A DNA stretch of 64,000 bases from Eledone cirrhosa. Lineage: Eukaryota. The notes beneath the pieces were generated by a model that was given only the letters and a program-made list of their open reading frames with translations, did not search any database and was not told the origin of the DNA. Positions 27,689 through 41,730 of the stretch are shown piece after piece (within the stretch, counting starts at the first letter, position 1; each line of letters starts with the position of its first letter). The position numbers and the translations under genes are program-made. Location of the stretch: assembly GCA_964016885.1 (NCBI GenBank), contig OZ024762.1, positions 3,410,001 through 3,474,000 of the forward strand, read 5' to 3'.

Positions 27689-27807
27689 ATAAAAGTTGTT
27701 TTATAGATGACCACAAGGTGGCGTAGGACAGAACAAAGGAGAGGCACAAAAACAGTGTTGTGTTAAATAATTTGATTTCATTTTATAATATTATAATATT
27801 ATGAGTT

Positions 27808-27844
<37 letters not shown>

Positions 27845-27890
27845 GAAGAAGAAAAAATAGGTATATTTTTGTCTATTATTTCCTCACATT

Positions 27891-27966
<76 letters not shown>

Positions 27967-28146
27967 TACACTCTCAGATGCATGTGTGTGTGTGTGTATA
28001 TATATATATTTAACTCCATATCTGTATGTATATACGTTGTATTTCTGTTATTTCCAAGTAGAAAAACTGTGAATGTACTTGAAACACTTATCATTAAACA
28101 TATTAAAAATACACTGTTTCTTTTTGTTTCTTCTAAGATTATTTAA

Positions 28147-28367
28147 CCCTTTAGCATTTACATTACTCTATATTTACTCTTGTATTTTCATAGAAAACTC
28201 TTTATCTTACATAATTATCTCACATAATATCGAATCTATGAGATATTGATATTATTTATTTTGAAGACAATACCTTATCATCTGTATGAGTAACTGGTGA
28301 CAGCCAGTTTGAACAGAAACAGGTGAGAAAATTCTGGCTGGATATGGCCGGTTTAAATGTTAAAGGG
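28147..28367. mobile_element. piggyBac-type MITE
   Basis: TTAA on both sides; TIR CCCTTTAGCATTTA / TAAATGTTAAAGGG. Confidence 0.75.
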
Positions 28368-28498
28368 TTAATGTATATTTTCTTCCTTTAACCTTTCATC
28401 TATTTAGTCATCATCATCATCATCATCATTACCATCCTTCTTTCTCTTTATCTTTCTCTTCATTATAAATAATGATAATAACAATGAAGATTATTGTT

Positions 28499-29172
28499 GC
28501 ATGCTCTGTTGGATGTGTAATAGTAATATACGTGAACAGCAAAGCAAAAATGAACTAAGTGAGAAATTAGGAATAAGAGGGATCAGATGCTGTTTACTCG
28601 AGAGAAGACTACGTTGGTATGGTCACGTGATGCGCATGAAAGACGATAGCTGTATAAAAAAGTGCAGGGCGATCAAAATTGATGGTAGAAAAACCTGGGA
28701 CGATCTGATAAATTCCGACCTTACACACTTACACCTCTCTAAGACAATGTCACTGGACCGAGTTCTTTGGCGCTACGCCATAATACAGAAGAACCGCCTT
28801 GCCTAAGTACAAAGCGAAACCTACAGTCAGTAGGCCCCTCCTAACCAAAAATAGACCCCCACCCCCATCAACAACACCCCTTTTTCTGTAAAGTTATGTT
28901 GTGCCACAACATCCAGTTCTAAATAAATGAGGTCGTGTAGATGTCACGACAAAAAAACACACAGTCCACGCTGTAATGTGGCCGTGTAGGTAACACAGTA
29001 AAAACCTCCCAGTCCACACTGTAAACGTGGTTGGTGTTAGGAAGGGCATCCAGCCGTAGAAAATCTGCCAGACAGTCCTATACGAGCAAGACAACCAATC
29101 TTGCCTCACGTGGGACAATTCCTGTCTAAACACATGCTAGCGTGGAAGATAGACGTTAAACGATGATGATGA
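28499..29172 (+). mobile_element. RTE LINE 3' end
   Basis: MLCWMCNSNIRE...RRLRWYGHVMRMKDDSCIKKC plus tail and (GAT)n. Confidence 0.88.
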
Positions 29173-29472
29173 TTGTGAACAGTGCTCAGGTGCACTACAA
29201 TTCATCAAAGGTGCATGTATAGCACATAGAATAATGTACAAATGTCAGGAAAGAGAACAGTATGAGTCGTGATATAATCACAGATACACACACACATCTT
29301 CATAATTTCAGCTGTGTTGTCTCTGTTTAAAAGATACTTGTTATCAGGTCATCTGAGATAGTTGCTAAGGTGGTGAGTATATTTAGAGAAGTAAACCTCA
29401 AGCTAGTCCAGCCCGTCAGATAAGTCTTACATGATGGTGTCATACTTAATGACCAGCATAGCCATATAATCA

Positions 29473-29781
29473 TTGTGTTAGAATGGAAAGTGTGTTGTGT
29501 TAGAATGGAGAGTGTGTTGTGTTAGAATGGAGAGTGTGTTGTGTTAGAATGGAGAGTGTGTTGTGTTAGAATGGAGAGTGTGTCGTGGAGAATGGAAAGT
29601 GTGTTGTGCTAGAATGGAGAGTGTGTTGTGTTAGAAGGGAAAATGTGTTGTGTTAGAATGGAAAGTGTGTTGTGTTAGAATGGAAAGTGTGTTGTGTTAG
29701 AATGGAAAGTGTGTTGTGTTAGAAGGGAAGGTGAGTTGTGTTAGAACTGTAAGTGTGGAAAGTGGGTTGTGTTAGAATGGA
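29473..29781. repeat. 22-bp minisatellite, about 14 copies
   Basis: Unit gtgtgttgtgttagaatggaRa. Confidence 0.9.
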
Positions 29782-29869
29782 GCAACTGCAGATACATGAA
29801 ACTGGTGAATCATGTTATGAAAAGGACAGAAAGTGTTTTAGCACAATTTATTAGGGAAAGAATAGGGAG

Positions 29870-30022
29870 CAAACTGGCAGAGTTGTCAGAACATTGAATA
29901 GAATGTTTTATGTTATTCCTTCTGACTCACTGCTCTCTGAGTTCAAATCCCACCGACGTCAACTTTGCCTTTCATCCTTTTGAGGTCAATAAAAAAAGTA
30001 CCAGTCTAGTACTGGGGTCGAT
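29870..30022 (+). mobile_element. Meta-type SINE
   Basis: Homologous to 7905-8065. Confidence 0.65.
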
Positions 30023-30184
30023 TCTTCCTCTATATCTCTTTCACATTTCCTCTCTTTCATTTTCTATCTTTCTCTGGAAGAAATCTGCTGTACTCAGGTC
30101 TGGAGGGGGGTGGGCTCCGCCAGGCTTAAAATGCCCAAGAAATGCTGCATGTTAATACGGCGCCTCTCTGACACTGTCAGGAGT

Positions 30185-30535
30185 TAAGGGACCATACACA
30201 CATACATAGGGGAAAGAATAAAATTAGATAAGATGCAATTTGGTTTTGTGTTAGACAGCAACACCACAGATGCCCTCTTCTTAGTGAGATCAACAGAGAA
30301 GTTCCTTGCTAAGTATAAACCCCTATATCTAGGATTTGTAGATCTGGAGAAGGACTTTGACAGAGTACCATGGTCTGTCATCTGGTAGCCCTTAAGGAAG
30401 CTAAGTGTTGATAAGTGGTTTCTGAGAGAAGTTCAAGCCATGTGCAGAGAAGTTAGCAGTAAAGAGAGAGTAGATCATAGAGTTTAGTGAGGGATTCAAT
30501 GTACAGGTAGGTGTTTATCAGGGCTCTGTTCTCAG
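30185..30535 (+). mobile_element. RTE RT fragment
   Basis: MQFGFV..TTDALFLV..EKFLAK.KPLYLGFVDLEKDFDRVP. Confidence 0.8.
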
Positions 30536-30650
30536 ATTACTGTTATCATCATCATCATCATCATCATTTTACGTCCGCTTTTCCCTGCTTGCAAGGGTGG
30601 GACGGGTCTTATTCATATTATCTATATATATATTTGAGTGACTTCCGTCC

Positions 30651-31065
30651 CACACTAGAGATGACTGAGGAAGGAAGGGGTGATGACGTCACATACTAGA
30701 GATGATTGAGGAAGGCAGGGGTGATGATGTCACACACTAGAGATGACTGAGGAAGGAAGGGGTGATGACGTCACACGCTAGAGATGACTGAGGAAGGAAG
30801 GGGTGATGATGTCACACACTAGAGATGACTGAGGAAGGAAGGGGTGATGACGTCACACACTAGAGATGACGTCACACACTAGAGATGACTGAGGAAGGAA
30901 GGGGTGATGATGTCACACTAGAGATGACTGAGGAAGGAAGGGGTGATGACATCACACACTAGAGATGACTGAGGAAGGAAGGGGTGATGACGTCACACAC
31001 TAGAGATGACTGAGGAAGGAAGGGGTGATGGCGTCACACACTAGAGATGATTGAGGGGTGATGAC
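30651..31065. repeat. 41-bp minisatellite, about 10 copies
   Basis: Unit cacactagagatgactgaggaaggaaggggtgatgacgtca. Confidence 0.93.
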
Positions 31066-31296
31066 AAGCTACAGAAAACAGTGTCTCACATGTATGTCTG
31101 GGAGTGTGTAATTTTGTAAGTGTGTCTGTGTTTGTGCATTTATAATAATTATACACATCCAGACGTCAGCGTGTTGAAAGAAACGCTAGTTCCAGAAGTT
31201 TTGGTAGCAGTGAAGATGGGATAATGTTATGATGAAGGAAACGGCCATATTGGATTTGAAGAAAAAATATAGGTAGAAATACCATACAGTGTATCA

Positions 31297-32245
31297 AGTA
31301 GTAGTAGTAGTGATGGTTGTGGTAGTGGTGTTGGTTGTGGTGGTGGTGGTTGTGGTAGTGGTGGTGGTGGTGGTAGTGGTAGTGGTGGTGGTAGTGGTAG
31401 TAGTAGTACTAGTTGTAGTGGTGGTGGTAGCAGTAGTAGTAGTGGTGGTGGTAGTGGTGGTGGTTGTGGTAGTAGTAGTAGTAGTTATGGTGATAGTAGT
31501 AGTAGTAGTAATAACAGTAGTAGTAGTATTTGTTGTTGTTTAGCCACAGGTCAGCCATTATTTAGTAGACCTGTAATGAAAGATGTTTCAGTTGAGATCA
31601 ACCCATCTGGTGGTGGTGGTGGCGGTGGTGGTGGTGGTGGCGGTGGTGGTGGTGGTGATGGTGGTGGTGGTGGTGGTGGTGATGGTGGTGGTGGTGGTGA
31701 TGGTGGTGGTGGTTGTGGTAGTTGTGGTAGTTGTGGTGGTGGTAGTGGTGGTGGTGGTGGTAGTTGTGGTGGTGGTAGTGGTGGTGGTGGTAGTGGTGGT
31801 GGTGGTAGTGGTGGTGATGGTGGTGGTGGTGATGATGGTGGTGGTAGTGGTGGTGGTGGTAGTGGTGGTGGTGGTAGTGGTGGTGATGGTGGTGGTGGTG
31901 ATGATGGTGGTGGTAGTTGTGGTGGTTGTGGTGGTGGTGGTAGTGGTGGTGATGGTGGTGATGATGGTGGTGGTAGTTGTGGTGGTTGTGGTGGTGGTAG
32001 TGGTAGTAATGGTGGTGATGGTAGTTGTGGTGGTGGTGGTGATGATGGGGGTGGTAGTTGTGGTGGTTGTGGTGGTGGTGGTGGTGATGGTAGTGGTGGT
32101 AGTTGTGGTGATGGTGGTGGTGGTGGTAATTGTGGTGGTGGTAGTGGTGGTGGTAGTGGTGGTGGTAATTGTGGTGGTGGTAGTTGTGGTGGTGGAGGTG
32201 GAGGTGGCAGTGTTGATAGTATTGGTGGTGTTGGTGGTGTTGTTG
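31297..32245. repeat. (GGT/GTA)n low-complexity tracts
   Basis: Directly visible. Confidence 0.9.
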
Positions 32246-32386
32246 ATAAAAGAAATTAAAAGAAGAAAGCGGGAGATGTGGTGGGGTCTGGGTGAGGAGG
32301 GGGGGGGGAGAGTAGATCTTTGAAGAAAAATAACTCAGGGATATTATTAGCAACAGCTACATACTCCCTACCACTCACACACACAC

Positions 32387-32453
<67 letters not shown>

Positions 32454-32480
32454 AAATATGTGTGTGTGTATATATATATA

Positions 32481-32585
32481 CAGGGTGTCCCCCAAAAATG
32501 TATGCACACTTCAACAGCATTCAAATAAATATTGCCTGCACAGGTAATCAAATAATCAAAGTGTGTATACATATTTTGGGACGCC

Positions 32586-32588
<3 letters not shown>
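32481..32588. mobile_element. Tc1/mariner-type MITE (108 bp)
   Basis: TA flanks; TIR CAGGGTGTCCC..AAAATGTATGCACACTT; second copy at 63612-63711. Confidence 0.8.
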
Positions 32589-32647
<59 letters not shown>

Positions 32648-32682
32648 GTGTGTATATATATATATATATAAACACATACACA

Positions 32683-32719
<37 letters not shown>

Positions 32720-32729
32720 ACACACATTC

Positions 32730-32762
<33 letters not shown>

Positions 32763-32776
32763 CACACACACACCCA

Positions 32777-32815
<39 letters not shown>

Positions 32816-32831
32816 TCATATATACACATTC

Positions 32832-32925
<94 letters not shown>

Positions 32926-33090
32926 GAATGGGTGTGTGTGTGTGTATATATATATATATACGTATATATGTATATATAGAAAACAGAGTAGCCCACAGTA
33001 ATATTAACAATTATTGCATGCTTACATAGTACACATATGTATGTATGTATATATATATATATGTGTGCATATGTATGTACACACACATAC

Positions 33091-33122
<32 letters not shown>

Positions 33123-33145
33123 GTATGTACATATACATATATGTG

Positions 33146-33197
<52 letters not shown>

Positions 33198-33859
33198 AGT
33201 GTGTATATATATATATATATGTGTGTGAGTGTGTATATATATATATATGTGTGTGTGTGTATGTATATAATATATGTATATATGTGTGTGTGTATATGTA
33301 TATATATATATGTGCGTGTGTGTATATATATATATATATATACATATACATACATATACATGTGTGTGTCTTTGTGAATGTATATATTAATAAATAGTTT
33401 ACACATCTCTCTTTTTGTATATATATATATATATATACAAAGGCTTATATATATACACACACACACACAGCCACACATATATATTTAAATATACATACAT
33501 ACATACATATGGGTGGGTGTGTACTTCAAGTATATAAACATGCATTAATTGTAAACATTTCTTTGGGCTACCATGTTTGTGTATATATAAATATACATAC
33601 ATACCTCTACACACATACCTATATACACACTGTATTTACATATATTTGCGTAGGTCATCTCCAATGAGATTAGACAGTGAAAAAAATACTTTATGAATGG
33701 TTGTCGTTGATTTTGGCCAGAGGTAATATTGTAATATTGTATATTCCAATATATAGAACAGTTTAGGTGGAAACTACAACAACAAGACTGCAACCTATAC
33801 CACTGCTACTTCCACCAACACCCCTTACATTGTTACCATCAGCGTTACTATCAACACTA

Positions 33860-35281
33860 CTATCATCACCTTTACCACCACCACCACCACCACCACCAAC
33901 ACCATCAACCCTGCCAACATCACTGCCAACACTACCACCACCACCACCACCACCATCACCATCAACCCTGCCAACATCACTGCCAACACTACCACCACCA
34001 CCACCACCAACACTGCCAACACTACCACCACCAACACTACCAACACCACCACCACCAACACTACCAACACCACCACCACCAACACTACCACCACCACCAC
34101 CACCAACACTGCCAACACTACCACCACCACCAACACTGCCAACACTACCACCAACACCAACACCAACACTGCCAACACTACCAACACCACCAACACCAAC
34201 ACTACCAACACCACCAACACTGCCAACACTACCACCAACACCAACACCTCTATGAACATCACTACCAACACTACCACCAGCACCAACACTACCCCCAAAT
34301 ACTACCACCACCACTGCTAACAATACCACTACCACCAACATTACCACCGCCATCACCACCACTACCACTACCACTGCCAACACTACCACTACCCCCACCA
34401 CCACCACCAACACTACCACCTCCACTACCACCACCTACCAACATCACTGCTAACACTACCACCAACAGCAATGACATCAATACCACTGCTACCAACACTT
34501 CCGTGACCACCACCACCAACAACACTACCACCTCCACTACCACCATCACCACCACTACCGCCAACACCATCTACTCTACCAACACCACTGCCCACACTAC
34601 CACCAACACCATCAACCCTACCAACATCACTACCACCATTACCACCCCACTACCAACACTACCACCAGCAATTACCCCCACCATTACCACCAACACCACC
34701 AACACTACCACCAGCAATTACCCCCCACCATTACCACCAACACCACCAACACTACCACCAGCAATTACCCCCCACCATTACCACCAACACTACCACCAAC
34801 ACTACCACCAGCAATTACCCCCCACCATTACCACCTACACCACCAACACTACCACCAGCAATTACCCCCACCATTACCACCAACACCACCAACACTACCA
34901 CCAGCAATTACCCCCCACCATTACCACCAACACCACCAACACTACCACCAGCAATTACCCCCCACCATTACCACCAACACCACCAACACTACCACCAGCA
35001 ATTACCCCCACCATTACCACCAACACCACCAACACTACCACCAGCAATTACCCCCCCCACCATTACCACCAACACCACCAACACTACCACCAGCAATTAC
35101 CCCCCCACCATTACCACCAACACCACCAACACTACCACCAGCAATTACCCCCCCCCCCCCCCACCATTACCACCAACACCACCAACACTACCACCAGCAA
35201 TTACCCCCCCCCACCATTACCACCAACACCACCAACACTACCACCAGCAATTACCCCCCCCACCATTACCACCAACACCAC
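33860..35281. repeat. (ACC)n-derived tract with a higher-order unit of about 45 bp from 34650
   Basis: Unit caccaacactaccaccagcaattacccccaccattaccaccaa... Confidence 0.88.
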
Positions 35282-35396
35282 TAAAATAATCCGAATGGAT
35301 TAGATTGACTCAATATCAGAGCTCTATAATACATTATAAAGAAAGAAGAAACATTAGATATAGATAATAAGATATACCATACCTAAATTCCTTCAT

Positions 35397-35493
35397 TATC
35401 CTCGACTACGTAGTTTCGCGGCATATTATGCTAAAACACTGCATCACAGAGATGCAGTATTTTTGTGAGGTTTGCCGACTTATCAAGAGGATA
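35397..35493 (-). ncRNA. Type I hammerhead, U3-A8 variant (GUC site)
   Basis: TATCCTC-TTGATAA-GtCGGCA...TGCCGC-GAAA-CTACGTAG-TC-GAGGATA. Confidence 0.8.
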
Positions 35494-36010
35494 CCTCATT
35501 TAGAGTTTCAAAACACGTCCGTAAATTTAGGTATGGTATATCTTATTAATTATATCTAATGTTTCTTCTTTCTTTATAATGTATTATATAGCTCTGATAT
35601 TGAATCAGTCGAATCCATTTGGATTATTTTGTCCCGATTATTCATAGAGCAACAACGGTTAAGGTTGGCACCACATAAATTCAGGGATATATGTGGGTAT
35701 ATTCATGTATATGTATATATTCACATGTATCTGTGTATTTCTTTATATTGTTTATAACTCCCTACGGTAGAGTAACCACTGAAGTATAGTGACTGCTGGA
35801 TAGCTTTCATTACTTATACTTCTCGCCATCCTAGCCATCTCTTCTACGGCTTTGATATAAGTACCCCCTCCGCCTTTTGTGGTATTTTTTTCTTGGTTGT
35901 AAGAGGCTTAGCTCTGTCTCTTGACCGCTGTATCACGTGATTGACTCCCCCTCCGCCTTTCGGGATTCTATCTCGCGTCATACGGACGTGTTTTGAAACT
36001 CTAAATGAGG

Positions 36011-36107
36011 TATCCTCTTGATAAGTCGGCAAACCTCACAAAAATACTGCATCTCTGTGATGCAGTGTTTTAGCATAATATGCCACGAAACTACGTAGTT
36101 GAGGATA
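36011..36107 (+). ncRNA. Type I hammerhead, U3-A8 variant (GUU site)
   Basis: Second copy: TATCCTC-TTGATAA...GAAA-CTACGTAG-TT-GAGGATA. Confidence 0.75.
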
Positions 36108-36172
36108 ATGAAGTAATTTAGGTATGGTATATCTTATTATTTATATCTAATGTTTCTTCTTTCTTTATAATG

Positions 36173-36234
<62 letters not shown>

Positions 36235-36437
36235 ATATATATTCAGAATTTTAAACCACATCAGCAAAACGATTTGGAGATTTAAATCAGTGTAAACCAA
36301 ACAACAACACCACCACCACCACCAACAACAACAACATTAACAACAACAACAACAACATCATTAACAACAACAACAACAACATCATTAACAACAACAACAA
36401 CACCACCACCACCAACAACAACAACACCACCACCACC

Positions 36438-36468
<31 letters not shown>

Positions 36469-36936
36469 CCAACAACAACAACAACACCAACAACAACAAT
36501 AAACAACATTTGAAATCGGAATCTGTTTTTCTCCCAGCTTTCATTACGTTTCTGAAGAAAATTACTAAATTGTGATTATTGAAAGTGAAATTGGTGTATA
36601 TATTATTGGTGTGTATATATGTATGTATATACATATATACATATATCATCATGATCATCATTGTTTAACGTCCATATTCCACGCTACATACACACAGATA
36701 TGTATATATATATATATATATACATACACACAGATACACACATATATATATATATATATATACATGCATACATTCATACACACACACACATACTCTCACA
36801 CACACACTCATATATATATATATATAATTGTATCATATATATATATATATCTATATATATATACACATACATATATATACATACATACATACACACACAC
36901 ACATATATATATGTTTACGCACACACATATACACAC

Positions 36937-36967
<31 letters not shown>

Positions 36968-37290
36968 CAGCAAGTTATGACAGACATTCATTGTTGAGAA
37001 ATCTTTATACTTACATAATTAAGAATGTTTAATCTATTTCTTCATCATGTAATACTCCCAGGAATTGAGGCTCAGTAATTTCTTGAAACACACAACTCAT
37101 GATTCTTATGTTCATTTATCTGCTTTCGTCTCAATTTATCTCTCTTCTTTCCTCTCAACTTCTTCTCATTTCGTCTCCTTCACCTTAATCTTCTTCATAT
37201 TCTCATTTCTTCTTCCTCATCTTCCCCTCGTCTTCTCAGTTTTTCACTCATATCTTATTAACTAATCAGCTGCCTTCACCTATGAGACTC

Positions 37291-37321
<31 letters not shown>

Positions 37322-37385
37322 TGTATGTATGTATGTATGTATGTATGTATGTATGTATGTATGTATGTGTGTGTATATGTATATA

Positions 37386-37890
37386 CAGGGGTTGGACAAA
37401 ATAATGGAAACACCTTAAAATTTCAAAAAAATTAATTTTAATATGGGGTAGGACCTCCTTTGGCAGTAATTACAGCTTGAATTCTACGAGGTATGGACTC
37501 GTACAAAGTTTGAATTGTTTCCAAAGGAATTTTCTTCAGCTAAAACAGTCTCCAGTTCTTGTAGAGATGATGGTGGAGGATATCGACTCCTTACTTGCTT
37601 TTCTAAAATGCACCATAAATGTTCAATAATATTGAGATCTGGGGACTGCAGGGGCCAGATAAGATGTTCAACTTCACTAGAATGTTCCTCGTGCCATTCA
37701 GTAACAACTTTAGCTGTGTGAATTGGTGCATTATTATCCTGAAAGATTGCGTTTCCCTCCGGAAACAGTTCCGCAACCATAGGATGAATTTGATCAGATA
37801 AAATGCTTAAATAGTCTTGACTATTAATTCTGCCATGAAGGGAAATCATTGAGCCGGCGGAGGTCCAAGATATAGCCCCCCAGATCATCA
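37386..37890 (-). mobile_element. Tc1 DNA transposon 3' half (DDE transposase remnant plus TIR)
   Basis: MIWGAIS..FQDNNAPIHTAK..WPLQSPDLNIIEHLW; TA|CAGGGGTTGGACAAAATAATGGAAACACC terminus. Confidence 0.9.
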
Positions 37891-37892
37891 TG

Positions 37893-38018
37893 GCAGAAGG
37901 AGCAACGTGAAATAAAGTGTCTTGCTCAAGGACACAACACATCACCCGGTCCAAGTATTGAACTCGCAACCTCACGATTGTGAATCCAACTCTCTAACCA
38001 CTGAGCCACGCACCTTCA
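37893..38018 (-). mobile_element. CORE SINE tRNA head
   Basis: ggtgcgtggctcagtggttagag...gagttcaat...gtccttgagcaagacac. Confidence 0.75.
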
Positions 38019-38024
38019 CTGGAC

Positions 38025-38363
38025 TGATATACTATATAATTATATTTATTGATAGTAAAAGGTGATATACTATATAATTATATTTATTGATAGTAAAAGG
38101 TGATATACTATATAATTATATTTATTGATAGCAAAAGGTGATATACTATATAATTATATTTATTGATAGTAAAAGGTGATATACTATATAATTATATTTA
38201 TTGATAGTAAAAGGTGATATACTATATAATTATATTTATTGATAGTAAAAGGTGATATACTATATAATTATATTTATTGATAGTAAAAGGTGATATACTA
38301 TATAATTATATTTATTGATAGTAAAAGGTAATATATTATATAATTATATTTATTGATAGTAAA
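38025..38363. repeat. 38-bp minisatellite, 9 copies
   Basis: Unit tgatatactatataattatatttattgatagtaaaagg. Confidence 0.95.
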
Positions 38364-38385
38364 CAATCTATCAAATGTTCTGACT

Positions 38386-38820
38386 CTGTCAGTGGACAAC
38401 CTTGTAGCCTTAGCTATATATAAATAAATGGCTAACTTTGACACTCTAATGTTGAAGTATTGAGTCCTTCAATTTGACTGTCAGTGGACAACCTTGTAGC
38501 CTTAGCTATATATAAATAAATGGCTAACTTTGACACTCTAATGTTGAAGTATTGAGTCCTTCAATTTGACTGTCAGTTCACAACCTTGTAGCCTTAGCTA
38601 TATATAAATAAATGGCTAACACTCAAATTCGAAGTATTGAGTCCTTTAGTTTGACTGTCAATTCACAACATTGTAGCCTTAGCTATATATTAATAAATGT
38701 CTAACACTCTAATTTCGAAGTATTGTGTCTCTGTGAATTCACAACCTTAAAGCCTTAGCTACATATAAACAAATGTTTAACTTTGACACTCTAATTTCGA
38801 AGTATTGAGTCCGTTAGTTT
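38386..38820. repeat. About 92-bp tandem repeat, about 5 progressively diverged copies
   Basis: Unit ctgtcagtggacaaccttgtagccttagctatat...gaagtattgagtcc. Confidence 0.9.
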
Positions 38821-40016
38821 GTTACAGAACAACTCTTGTTTTAATGTAGAAACACTTTCCTGTACTAAACCAACACATAAACTTGTCTACCAAAAATGTT
38901 GCTGTCCTTTTGAAGAAAATTTATGTTTGGTGCCTCAAGCAGAAGACTGACTATTTCGTTCCAAAATAAAAACACAAACAAACAACACGATAGACAAAAC
39001 ACAAGAAACAAAACATAAAACACAAAAATGGTGGGAATTTTTCTTCGATAGTCAAGAGGAATATAAAATGCACATCAAATATACAAGACTGTTCACAAAA
39101 CATAGGAATAAGAATTTATTAAATATATGTTGTATGAAAATAAGCTACTGTTGTGGAATCCATATGAAAACACTTATTGTCATCCAACTAACTAATGACA
39201 AAATTCGGAATTACTTCCATAGGAAACCTAATATGTGTTCCCTAGACAAGGCATATAATGGTAGAATCGATCATACATAACAAAGTCAGAGACACTTGAA
39301 TCATGCTACTACAGCAACTTGTCACAACCTTTCTTCTCATCTGTCTTACAAGAATGTTTTAACACTAAAGCCAGTGTTTCACTATGTCTACCTAAATCAC
39401 TGCTGTTCTTTCTCAGAAAATTTACTTTTAGTGCCTAAGGCAGAAGACCAACCGTTTCATGATATGAAAAAAAAAAGTGGTATGCATTTCTCTTCAATAG
39501 ACAACAAAATCAAAATAACTTCAAATGTGGACTGAAATTGAATAAAATGCCCACCAGCTAACAAGCTATTATTACGTTTTTTTCCCCTCCAAAAAGAAAA
39601 AAGTTATTTTCATTAATTAAGAATATTAAATTCTGGAAAGTGAGAAATAACTTCTTGACTAAATTAAGTGCCAAAATATGGGGCGAATTAACTCTTGAAA
39701 TTATATATCTGTACAATATGACAAAACATTTATTCAATTCAATCCAATACAAGGCTTTCTCATTCCTGTTGGAGTAATCCCTCCTTCCTATTTAACCTCC
39801 ACTGCTCTCTGGTTTGGTTTTAGTCATGTCTTTGGAGTGTAGCAGTCTCTCCATGCTTGGCCAAGTTGTCCAGGGTTAAAGTTCATTAAATTATTTAATT
39901 GATTTACAAACATAAAAAATGTATATATAGTAGTAGTGATGGTGTTGATGGTTGCAGTAGTAATGGTAGTAGTAGTAGTGATAGTGGTGGAGGTAGTAGT
40001 ACTAGTAGTAGTAGTG

Positions 40017-40060
<44 letters not shown>

Positions 40061-40377
40061 GGTTCACCAAAAATATTTCACACTTCAATAAACCTGGATG
40101 GAACATTGCAATGGAAGTTATATTAGAATATACATACATACATATATACATATACATACATATATACATACAAACACACACACACATACACACATATATA
40201 TATATATATATACATATATACATACATACATATATACATACATACATATATACATATACATACATACATACATATACATACATATATAGATACAAACACA
40301 CACACACATACACACACACATATATATATATATACATATATACATACATACATACATATATACATACATACATATAT

Positions 40378-40718
40378 AACAGACCAGATATTATGATATG
40401 GACAGGGAGAAGAAAACATGGACAGTAGTGGAAATTAGCTGCCCAGCAGATGCCAATATAATATCAAAGATTAGCGAAAAGGAGAATATTTATGCGGAAC
40501 TGATGAGAAATCTGCAGATACTCCACTCTGATTACACCTTCAGATTTATGCCTGTGATTATTGGGGCACTGGGGTATGTTAGTAACTGCCTCAATACAAA
40601 TCTTGAGAAGCTAGGCTTCACAGGAACAGAAAGAACACACCTAGTTAGGAAATTACAAGTACAATCCATTAATGGAACAGTAAAAATATGTAAAACATTC
40701 CAAAAATGTTGCATCTAA
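40378..40718 (+). mobile_element. R4/Dong-like non-LTR retrotransposon, restriction-like endonuclease end
   Basis: NRPDIMIW / DREKKTWTVVEISCPADAN..KISEKENIY..L..PVIIGALG (frameshifted). Confidence 0.85.
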
Positions 40719-40848
40719 TAACTGCATATACACATGTACAGATACAAAGCATATACACATGCACACATACAACTCAAAATATACACATCCACACATATAA
40801 TAACATCCATATCTACACATGCATGCATACATACATATATACATATGC

Positions 40849-41456
40849 GGTGGCTGCCAACTCGTTTTCGAGTACGGCCACTACTTTATATCCATGTAGG
40901 AGAACCCCTACCGATGCGCTGAACGAGTGTGACTTTTTAGTCCAGCCAGCGACTTGAAAACTCTGGTACAAACACTACACTTGTGACAATTACTGACACA
41001 TAGTGCTGGGCCCATGGTACCATGTGACGACAAGTGCAGAGAGATCTCCAGATATAAAGCAATGCCTGTGCCGTGAAGCTTTTATAGTGAGCAAAGGCAC
41101 TGCACAAAGCCAGTCCCACTCTCTTAACCAAGATGATATTTACCAAAAAGAAGAACAAGTCAACATCATTGGATACCATCAGGGTTGCAGGTGTTATATC
41201 AGAGTTTTCCTTCTCCTAGAATTCTGCCTTGACAAAGGCTAAGGGGTCATCCCTCCCGGTGATTTTGGATGGCCATTGACTCTTAAGAGCTCCTTTGCCC
41301 TTTGACAGGTTTTGTTTTTAGTCCTGCAGGATGTCCAAAGTCACCCTCCTCACCAAGAAACCTTGGTGGGGTTGCCAGTTTAGTCGCCAACGACCCGACC
41401 ATGGGACAGGTTGTACTGGGATACATGTTACCAGTAGCACCAACTGGTGACCTGAC
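40849..41456 (-). mobile_element. Non-autonomous (probably RTE-derived) retroelement
   Basis: Near-identical inverted copy at 55577-56030; related to 57100-57272 and 61525-61982; orientation inferred. Confidence 0.6.
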
Positions 41457-41617
41457 ATATATACATATACATACATATATACATACAAACACACATACAC
41501 ACACATATATATACATACATACATACATACATACATACATACATACATACATACACACATACACACACATATATATATATATACATATACATATCTGTTA
41601 CTCTTCACTCATTTACT

Positions 41618-41730
<113 letters not shown>

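Larger units (their letters stand above)
35283..36178. mobile_element. Penelope-type pseudo-LTR cluster in inverted arrangement
   Basis: 35283-35389 is inverted at 35524-35630; 35326-35523 is inverted at 35981-36178. Confidence 0.75.

Noticed and set aside
31576-32259. Gly/Cys-rich structural-protein-like ORF
   Set aside because: Degenerate GGT repeat open in multiple frames with no signal peptide; not distinguishable from low-complexity DNA.
33767-35303. Mucin/extensin-like Pro/Thr ORFs
   Set aside because: ACC-repeat derived, with shifting frames and variable C-runs.
41300-41456. HDV-like ribozyme at the 5' end of an RTE-derived element
   Set aside because: Hairpins are present but I could not fit the nested double-pseudoknot by eye.
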